64,000 bases of DNA from a virus. Lineage: Duplodnaviria > Caudoviricetes. This document shows positions 40,104 to 47,547 of the stretch, in pieces. Position 1 is the stretch's first letter, and the number at the start of each line of letters is the position of its first letter. The notes beneath the pieces are model-generated. The model was not told the DNA's origin, did no database searches, and saw only the letters and a list, made by a program, of their open reading frames with translations. The DNA lies in the IMG/VR virus record IMGVR_UViG_3300037067_015585, positions 32,001-96,000 of that record; one strand, given 5' to 3'. Made by a program: the position numbers and the translations under genes.

Positions 40104-43100
40104 TATGATCCGCCTTGCAATACAGTAAACCAACAATAATATGGTGGTGTCGTTTGATAGCTGGCATTATCGGTTGCAACTATAGTGTAAGTGTGTAAAC
40201 CGGCAGCACGCTTACCAATATTAAAACTGAAGTCTACACCACCGATGTTTGTGTTAATTGTCGGACCAGTTGCGACTGCAACACTAACACCATCAATCCA
40301 CAATGATATAGCATAAACGCCTCTCCAATCATGTGCATTGCAGGTCAATAAGAGGTCTTGACTAGAATACAAAGTAGTTTGCGTTTGCCCTGCTGTCTTG
40401 AATTGTGCTGTTGTTCTTTCAATCGTATTATATTGAGTTATAACAACATTGCGAATCGTAGCATATGTGCTAGCAGTGATAACGCAATCTGTGGTTGATG
40501 CCGATATTGGCATCGCCAATTCACCATTTACAGCCGTAACGTATATTCTATAATAGCGATATAGAACACCATTTTTAAATGTAAGCCATTTTGACCAAGT
40601 GTTTACGCTAGGGGCATCGACATTAACCCTTGTATCGAGTGTAACCCATATATTATTGTCGTTCGATCCTTGAAATAGAAAATCTCTTGGGAAACCGGTA
40701 TCGCTATTATAGTTCTGCTCATTTATAACTGCACCGTTTACGACAGTCATACCACTATAATTCTGCTCTTGTATGGCATACTTATTGATCACTTTTGGTA
40801 GCGCGCTACCAAAATCATATTCAATGTACCATGGTGGTATAGCTACTGCACTTATCCATCTGTCACGCTCATTAAGATTCGTCCTATTAAACGCCTTCCA
40901 TGCTGAGTAAGTTACAGCGCGTGAAATTGAATAATATTCACTATTTGCACTAACAACATTTGGTGCTGGTGTATTGTCTGACGTCATTATCGCTGTACAA
41001 GTGGTTGTGCCAGGATTGTCAGCTCCATCAATCGATAAACAAACATATTTAATCTCCGCTACGCTTGCAACGCCACCTTCAGAACTGCCGCTAGCAGAAC
41101 CACTACCAATAAATTCAGTTATATTTAATCTATAATAACGATATTCTGTTCCGTTAATAAATGTGAAATATTGAGTCCAAGCATAATCGCCAGGAGCACG
41201 CACACCTATTCTTAAATCTAATGTTGTCCAATTTGTTTCGTCATTAGAACCGCACAAATTAAAATCTACCGGAAAGCCTACATCATTTGCCTCTTGTATG
41301 GCATATTTATTTATAACAACACCAACATTAAAATCATATTGTATCCAATGTATAGATCCTGGTCCACTTATCCATGCATTGTCTGTTCGATCAAAGGCGT
41401 ACCATGCTGGATTGAAATGATAAGAATTTTTGCATCCGACTGTAGAAATCGCCTTATTCCCCATCTTGTCGGCGTCATCACATTGAAATGATGTGCCGTC
41501 CCAATAACTTAAATAATACTCGATACCCGGCCTCATAACATCGAGCGTATTAATCATGTTATTGCCCATGCTTGCGGCCGTCACACATACAAACTGCGAT
41601 CCATCCCAATAACTTAAATAATGTGTTACACCTGGTTTTGATACTGTAATTGTGTTAATCATATTATTGCCAACACTGTCGGCAGTCACACATACAAATT
41701 TCGATCCGTCCCAATAACTCAAATAATGAGTGTCACCAGGTCTTGTTATAGTAATACCATCGATCATATTATTACCAAGATCTCTGGCATTCCCACATAT
41801 AAACTGTGATCCGTTCCAGTAGCTCAAATAATTATCACCAGGTGTAGTCCAATCCCCAGGTTTAACCCACGTATATGTAGCAGTTGGACCCAAAACTATC
41901 TGTGCAAACTTTAGACATGTTGCCGGATCATTTCTCATATCACCATCAGTGTCAGGGACAATATTTCCTGAACCAGGTAATCCAGAATTTATGCATATTC
42001 TAGTGATATTACCAGCGTAATCATAATATGCCGTAACTGGCGGATTTGGAGTATAGTATGCGCATGTTGATGCTGAGACTGAACCAGTAGATCCAAGTGC
42101 GATTTTAGCAATCTTATCTAACGTAGCACTATCACAACGCATTTGTCCACTTGACGTATTAATAGAACTTGCACCAGGAAGACCTGAATTAGCACATAGA
42201 GCTGTAATGGCACTAGGGTTATTGTATGTTAAACTGACTGGTGGCTCAGGTGTATAATATGCTTCTGTCACATTTGTAACGGATACGGTAGAGCCAAGTG
42301 ATATGAAAGCGGCTTTATTTATTGTCTCTGTATCATAATTCATCTGGCCATGTATACTATTGATTGACGAAGCACCAGGCAAACCAGAATTCTTACATAA
42401 AATTGTAATAGCATCGGGAGTCGAATATGATCTCAAATCTGGTGGCGAAGCAAAATTCTCTTCTGTTGCAGATATAACGGTCGCACCAGCACCTAAAGCT
42501 ATCACAGCTACTTCATTTAATGTTGTTGAATCATAATTCATCTGACCTTCGGACGTTTGAATTAACCATGTACCATTTATATCAGATCCGGCACATAAAT
42601 CTGTTACAGCCCCAGGAGTATAGAACCATTTTTCTAACCATGTGATAGCTTCACTGTCTGCACTAACAACATATGGCAATGGCGTAGTATTAGACGTCAT
42701 CTTGGCAGTACAAGCAGTAGTTGATGGATTATCTGCGCCATCGATTGAAAGATTGATAAGACTAATCTCACCAATAATAGTGCATGGATTGGGAAATATA
42801 TCGTTGATCGTAATTTCCGGTTGAGTGACATCCGACACTATTGTAGTGGGCTCTACATAAGTTGGTGCCTTTGTAGTAGTAGCAACTACCGTTGGTGTAA
42901 CCGGCATTGCACTTGTATCTGTACCCGGCAGCGGAAGACCATTGCCTGCAGCAACACCAGTAGCACCAGGAGTCTTATTGAACCGTATTGGCAATATTTC
43001 AGCCGCTGCGATTCTGTCTTTTATTATTCTGAAAACACATGATTGGTTATAGCAGCCTGGCGTATATGGGTGTACTGGTATGATTGCATCAATATTAACA

Positions 43101-43633
43101 AATACAAGACTGTCACGACTTGCTACAGTCGCTGCATATGTCGTCTCTGTTAAATCGTTGGTTGCTAAATTCCGATTATAAACTAAATAATTATTTAATG
43201 GGAAAATATTCTGTGCTGCGGCTACATCTTTAACAGTCGAAACGTTTGCTGGATTTACAAGATCTCGCTCAATTTTAATATCTGAAATATTGTATGCTTT
43301 AGTTGGTGAATTGTCTATTAAATTCTTACTCTGCAGATATTTTAACATCTGAGTAAGATCTTTATTATCAACTATGCCATCTCCATTCACATCGACATAT
43401 GGCTGATTTGATGGTCTGTTTTTGGGTAATGATCCAGTACCATGTGTAGTAATGTAGTTGGAAATAGTATTGTAGTCATTTATATCGACGACTCCATCAC
43501 CCAGTACATCAAATCTATTCCCTGGGTTCTGCCATCTAGATACACCTAATATTGTATTGCTTAGACTAAAGCTACTCACCAATGGAGTAACTTTAATTAC
43601 TTCGACATATGTTGTTAATCCTATTTGCGTCAT
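40103..43633 (-). CDS. Putative fibre/adhesin: dockerin + discoidin with nested AAAA-BBBB insert + discoidin + Ig-like domain
   Basis: WQNP...DVLGDG...DVNGDG dockerin, two discoidin signatures, 67-aa and 34-35-aa repeat arrays. Confidence 0.8.
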   Translation of the reverse strand: MTQIGLTTYVEVIKVTPLVSSFSLSNTILGVSRWQNPGNRFDVLGDGVVDINDYNTISNYITTHGTGSLPKNRPSNQPYVDVNGDGIVDNKDLTQMLKYLQSKNLIDNSPTKAYNISDIKIERDLVNPANVSTVKDVAAAQNIFPLNNYLVYNRNLATNDLTETTYAATVASRDSLVFVNIDAIIPVHPYTPGCYNQSCVFRIIKDRIAAAEILPIRFNKTPGATGVAAGNGLPLPGTDTSAMPVTPTVVATTTKAPTYVEPTTIVSDVTQPEITINDIFPNPCTIIGEISLINLSIDGADNPSTTACTAKMTSNTTPLPYVVSADSEAITWLEKWFYTPGAVTDLCAGSDINGTWLIQTSEGQMNYDSTTLNEVAVIALGAGATVISATEENFASPPDLRSYSTPDAITILCKNSGLPGASSINSIHGQMNYDTETINKAAFISLGSTVSVTNVTEAYYTPEPPVSLTYNNPSAITALCANSGLPGASSINTSSGQMRCDSATLDKIAKIALGSTGSVSASTCAYYTPNPPVTAYYDYAGNITRICINSGLPGSGNIVPDTDGDMRNDPATCLKFAQIVLGPTATYTWVKPGDWTTPGDNYLSYWNGSQFICGNARDLGNNMIDGITITRPGDTHYLSYWDGSKFVCVTADSVGNNMINTITVSKPGVTHYLSYWDGSQFVCVTAASMGNNMINTLDVMRPGIEYYLSYWDGTSFQCDDADKMGNKAISTVGCKNSYHFNPAWYAFDRTDNAWISGPGSIHWIQYDFNVGVVINKYAIQEANDVGFPVDFNLCGSNDETNWTTLDLRIGVRAPGDYAWTQYFTFINGTEYRYYRLNITEFIGSGSASGSSEGGVASVAEIKYVCLSIDGADNPGTTTCTAIMTSDNTPAPNVVSANSEYYSISRAVTYSAWKAFNRTNLNERDRWISAVAIPPWYIEYDFGSALPKVINKYAIQEQNYSGMTVVNGAVINEQNYNSDTGFPRDFLFQGSNDNNIWVTLDTRVNVDAPSVNTWSKWLTFKNGVLYRYYRIYVTAVNGELAMPISASTTDCVITASTYATIRNVVITQYNTIERTTAQFKTAGQTQTTLYSSQDLLLTCNAHDWRGVYAISLWIDGVSVAVATGPTINTNIGGVDFSFNIGKRAAGLHTYTIVATDNASYQTTPPYYCWFTVLQGGS
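41425..41836 (-). repeat. Four B units with a 102-105-nt period
   Basis: YLSYW(D/N)G..F.C..A...GN..I repeated four times; PG boundaries at about 41735, 41630 and 41525. Confidence 0.9.
41837..42640 (-). repeat. Four A units with a 201-nt period
   Basis: Unit-ending PP/PG codons at about 42440, 42239, 42038 and 41837; consensus C.NSGLPG...G.M..D...IALG. Confidence 0.9.
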
Positions 43634-43639
43634 AGTGGC

Positions 43640-44506
43640 TCATGATATAGTAAGGACAAAATCGCCGCTGCACCGCGTTGTTCCGTCTGGTAGAGTCGCA
43701 GTAACTCTGTATTGGTAAGTACCTTTCAAAAACTTAGATGTATCGACTATATATCGAAACACATATGGATTAGAACGATACGATCCTTGTCGTAAGCCAT
43801 TTGTCATTGGTTCGTCTTTAAAAAGTATTTCGTTATTTACGGTTGATATTGTAATTGTCCCAACTAACTGCGGTAAAACTGGTGCAACCAAATTAAAATC
43901 ATAATCATACAATGGCAATGGCATAATACCAATTTCTAATGGTCTAATTTCTGGTTGACTAAATTTCTGATCAAGCGGTTCAAATCCAAGTCTAATAGCA
44001 GTTAGTGAATCTTGACCGTCCCAATCATCAGCATAAACCCAAAACTTCCCGCACGTCTGAAGCGCTAGACCTTCATACTCAGAATTATCTAAATCAGGAC
44101 ATCCACTACTATCTGTAATGCATCCAGATCCGCCTAATTCTAGTAAACATGGATTTGTAGGAATATAACTCCAAACATCAAAATAAACATCTGGAACAGA
44201 TGCGTCAGCAGGCACATCTAATAATAATCTATATTCACCTGGTACAATTGCACCCTCTTGTCCTTCAGTCCCGCACACACCAGGCTCTGTATTGGTCCTG
44301 ACATATTCTACTGGGGAAGGATAATTTGGATCACACGGGCTGACTACAGCAAATTGTGCTATTAGGTTAGATGGAATTATTTGTGTTTTATAAATTTCAA
44401 CCTTACGAATTGCATATGGTGCAGTCGCTATACCACCACGCATAAATCGCATGTCAAGTTGGACTACATTACCGCGTCTTGCAGATATTCGTTGATATAT
44501 TGGCAT
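43640..44506 (-). CDS. Cys-rich virion-region hypothetical protein
   Basis: GAGGTG RBS before ATG 44506 (MPIYQRIS), shorter than the ORF-track call. Confidence 0.65.
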   Translation of the reverse strand: MPIYQRISARRGNVVQLDMRFMRGGIATAPYAIRKVEIYKTQIIPSNLIAQFAVVSPCDPNYPSPVEYVRTNTEPGVCGTEGQEGAIVPGEYRLLLDVPADASVPDVYFDVWSYIPTNPCLLELGGSGCITDSSGCPDLDNSEYEGLALQTCGKFWVYADDWDGQDSLTAIRLGFEPLDQKFSQPEIRPLEIGIMPLPLYDYDFNLVAPVLPQLVGTITISTVNNEILFKDEPMTNGLRQGSYRSNPYVFRYIVDTSKFLKGTYQYRVTATLPDGTTRCSGDFVLTIS

Positions 44507-44549
44507 ACAATTCACCTCAATTATAATATCTTTGCCAGGGTAAAAGACG

Positions 44550-44732
44550 TTATCGATATGGTGAATTAGGCATTGATCCTGATGACTTACGGTTACGCTC
44601 TTCAGCAACTTTTTCGAGCTTTCTAGACCACCATGCACGTTCCTCGGCGGTCATGACATTCTGCTCGAAAATCGTAAGTTCCCCGGTACCACCAACTCCG
44701 CATCTTAGCATGAACTGCTGTTCCATCAGCAT
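44550..44732 (-). CDS. gp51-like baseplate/tail assembly chaperone segment (possibly frameshift-fused to the upstream gene)
   Basis: LMEQQFML...MTAEERAWWSRKL pattern directly following the gp26-like gene. Confidence 0.55.
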   Translation of the reverse strand: MLMEQQFMLRCGVGGTGELTIFEQNVMTAEERAWWSRKLEKVAEERNRKSSGSMPNSPYR

Positions 44733-44745
44733 GTTCCACTCTTTC

Positions 44746-45765
44746 TCACATTGCTCGTGAGACTTGCGGGCGAAAAAAGGACTCGGTGATCGGCAGCATA
44801 GCACGGTGCGTTTCGCCGCAACCAGCACATTGCATTTCAATCATCGTTTCGATGCTCGGAGTATGTTCAGATAACCACTCTCTAATAACCGCAAGATCAG
44901 TAGATTGCATCTTGTTTACTATGCTTTTGATCTTGAATCTATCAGTTACGCCCATGATATCAACTATGACTGTCTCGATATTTTGTGTTACAATATCGTC
45001 AAGTGCAACCTCATCATGGCTATGATCCACTTGTTGCATTACACGATCTCTCGGTTTAATTCTAGCTCTTGATGAACCACCCAATATATTTTGGGCTTTT
45101 TTTGTTCTTTGGATGCTGCTAGCATCACGAACACGCAGGAATCTTATAGATGCCGATATATCTCGCCCGGTTGTCTTTGTGAGATATGGGAGATTAATTT
45201 TGAATGGCTCAGAACCCAATGATTCGTCTGCCCATATTATTGTGTTGACCAATTCATTTAAGTCGATGGTGTGAGTTGCAGTCTGCCCACACTGTTGATT
45301 GGGGCATGTTGTCGCGAATTCATATTCATTTCCGTGTGTGATACCGCGAAGATAGTACAATAGATATATCTGATCTCCGACTAACATATCTTGGATATCA
45401 AATCCATCTGGAAAACGACAACATTCTTTAAGCATATAATCAATCGACTGACCAGTTTGTGCCAGTCGAGCGGTAGCTAAAATTTTATCGATCTTAGCCG
45501 ACCAAGCTCTAACAGAAACAACACCGGATGTCCAACCATAATATAATCCTTTACTAGGTAATGTGGTCTCCTCCCACGGGATTAACTGCTCCGGCGAAGC
45601 TCTAGAAATAATATCAACAATATCAACATCTGATGTAGCGTTACCAACTAATTTCGCAATTTCAGAGTTTGGTACTTCATCAGTTTTTTTAATTGTTTTA
45701 TCTGTGTTCTGTGGTTTCTGCGATTTGATTTCGTCAGTCAAAGAAACCTCTTCTATATCAGCCAT
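44746..45765 (-). CDS. Baseplate hub assembly chaperone, gp26-like
   Basis: LPSKGLYY, GDQIYLLYYLRGITHG.EY, CPNQQC, CAGCG, C-terminal LPITESFFRP. Confidence 0.75.
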   Translation of the reverse strand: MADIEEVSLTDEIKSQKPQNTDKTIKKTDEVPNSEIAKLVGNATSDVDIVDIISRASPEQLIPWEETTLPSKGLYYGWTSGVVSVRAWSAKIDKILATARLAQTGQSIDYMLKECCRFPDGFDIQDMLVGDQIYLLYYLRGITHGNEYEFATTCPNQQCGQTATHTIDLNELVNTIIWADESLGSEPFKINLPYLTKTTGRDISASIRFLRVRDASSIQRTKKAQNILGGSSRARIKPRDRVMQQVDHSHDEVALDDIVTQNIETVIVDIMGVTDRFKIKSIVNKMQSTDLAVIREWLSEHTPSIETMIEMQCAGCGETHRAMLPITESFFRPQVSRAM

Positions 45766-45835
45766 GATCACCTCAAATGTGTTGTTGGGCTATGTTATCA
45801 CAAAGCATAACATTATTTACTAAATGAAATAGATA

Positions 45836-46348
45836 TTAATTGTTCTCAGCCCAGTCATATGAAACAGTAACTTCGATAACTTTAACGTCAGTATTAGTAT
45901 ATGTCAAATCGCCTTCTTTAATTGTACTAGGCCAACTACCATGCAATGTCCAAACTGTGCTGGTCTCCCAATCTAAAGTATATATCGATATTTGCGAATC
46001 TTTTTTGTAATCACTTGGACTTGCTAAACCACCAGTGTCCGTCCAAACAGTTTTCCGCCAGCCTTTTACTACATCTGATGTTTTGCCACTACCAAGCATA
46101 GTATCATAAAATGTGACTTTTATGTCTTCCCATGTCACCATACTAGCATATTTATAGACTAAAGAGGCACCATCAACAGTTTCTTTTCCAACACTAAAAG
46201 TAGGAACAGTTGCATCTTTAGCAAGTATTGTATTCATACTTGCGGTATCTTCAAATAAGTTGTCGATAGTCCATGTATAATTATAGACTGGCTTTATAGC
46301 AGATGCCGCAACACCACCACCAACACCACCTACAATGAACCCTGGTAT
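45836..46348 (-). CDS. Tail tube paralogue 3 (gp19 fold) with ATA start
   Basis: AAGGAG-7 nt-ATA CCA GGG TTC (xPGF), open in frame into the ORF-track call; WEDIKVTFYD, GSWP, GDLTY, VSYDWA. Confidence 0.8.
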   Translation of the reverse strand: MPGFIVGGVGGGVAASAIKPVYNYTWTIDNLFEDTASMNTILAKDATVPTFSVGKETVDGASLVYKYASMVTWEDIKVTFYDTMLGSGKTSDVVKGWRKTVWTDTGGLASPSDYKKDSQISIYTLDWETSTVWTLHGSWPSTIKEGDLTYTNTDVKVIEVTVSYDWAENN

Positions 46349-46363
46349 GGTATGTCTCCTTTA

Positions 46364-46882
46364 TTAACTGCCTAGATTTTCCTCTGTAGCTTTGTCCATC
46401 TCAAGCGTAAAAGTAATTTCGCCAAGCTTTGATGATGTATAGTCTAATTCGTCTGGTGTCACTTTCGATGGCCAGCAGCCATACATTGTATATTTATATG
46501 TCGAAGTATTATTACCATCGACTAATTCTAATGTACATGTAGCCTTTGGATCGCCTACTAATGTTGATGCTTTGATATTGAGTATGCCAGTTGACCACCA
46601 CTGATAAATCTTGAAAGCAACATCAGCACTACCGATCGCATGATAAAAACTTATATCAATCGGTAGCCATTTTTGTTTACCAGGAAAACAAATGACATCT
46701 TGAATGTGATGCATTTGTCCTCTCTCAAATTCAACTTTTGGTCTTCCAGACTTATGGGCATATATCAATATGTCTTTTAATGGATCTAAAGTCTCAAATT
46801 TCCAACGATGCTGCCTTGCCATCTCTATATTGGCTCTAGGCTGATCGCTCGAACTACTATCGCTAATATTGAATCCAGGCAA
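46364..46882 (-). CDS. Tail tube paralogue 2 (gp19 fold) with TTG start
   Basis: MPGFNI, RQHRW, PGKQKW, GCWP...LDY. Confidence 0.8.
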   Translation of the reverse strand: MPGFNISDSSSSDQPRANIEMARQHRWKFETLDPLKDILIYAHKSGRPKVEFERGQMHHIQDVICFPGKQKWLPIDISFYHAIGSADVAFKIYQWWSTGILNIKASTLVGDPKATCTLELVDGNNTSTYKYTMYGCWPSKVTPDELDYTSSKLGEITFTLEMDKATEENLGS

Positions 46883-46989
46883 GAATGTATCCCTAATCAG
46901 CTAAACCACATCTACCTACTCCAATTTAGGTTTGATCAGGTAGATGAGACTGTACCGATAGGTGATTACAATAATGATGGAAGTATAGA

Positions 46990-47493
46990 TTATGACCTTA
47001 AAGCACGATCATATCGCAATGTAGCTTCAATCGTTGCAATATCGGTAGACGTATAATCGACATCACCCCAATTGACTTCTTTGGGCCAAGCATTCCACAT
47101 TGTCCATGTCTCTGTAGCAGCTCCGGTCGTATCGACCATTGTTAACGCTGCTTGCTGCTTGTATGATGACGGTAGATTGACATTAGCTGTTGTGAGATCT
47201 ACAACAGTCGCCAGCCAATCATAAATATTCGCTGACACATCAAATGTCTGTTCAACATCATACCATTTCATGCTAATCGGTTCCCAAGTTTGCTTACCAG
47301 CGAAGTAAGCAACCTCTTGGTCGTGATGCATTTCTGGTTCTGCGAACTTGAAATTTGGGCGAGATGTAGATTGCAACACCAATAATGATGCTGAATCAAA
47401 AGTGTTCAGAATCGTAAAAATCCAGCGATGCTTTCTACGTGTCTCTAAAGTGGCTGACGGGCCAGATCCACCATTTATATTAAATCCAGGCAT
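46990..47493 (-). CDS. Tail tube protein, gp19-like (probably the major tube)
   Basis: MPGFNI, RKHRW, AGKQTWEPI, NAWP...GDVDY, TLRYDRA; AAGGAGG RBS; follows the sheath gene. Confidence 0.88.
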   Translation of the reverse strand: MPGFNINGGSGPSATLETRRKHRWIFTILNTFDSASLLVLQSTSRPNFKFAEPEMHHDQEVAYFAGKQTWEPISMKWYDVEQTFDVSANIYDWLATVVDLTTANVNLPSSYKQQAALTMVDTTGAATETWTMWNAWPKEVNWGDVDYTSTDIATIEATLRYDRALRS

Positions 47494-47547
47494 GAAAGCC
47501 TCCTTTATTTCTTAAGTAAATTTGTTTGTCGTACTATACCAATCATG

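Noticed and set aside
38430-42640. Repeats as a diversity-generating retroelement TR/VR pair or a CRISPR array
   Set aside because: All copies are in-frame coding repeats with no spacers, the differences are not adenine-specific, and I see no reverse transcriptase or cas gene.
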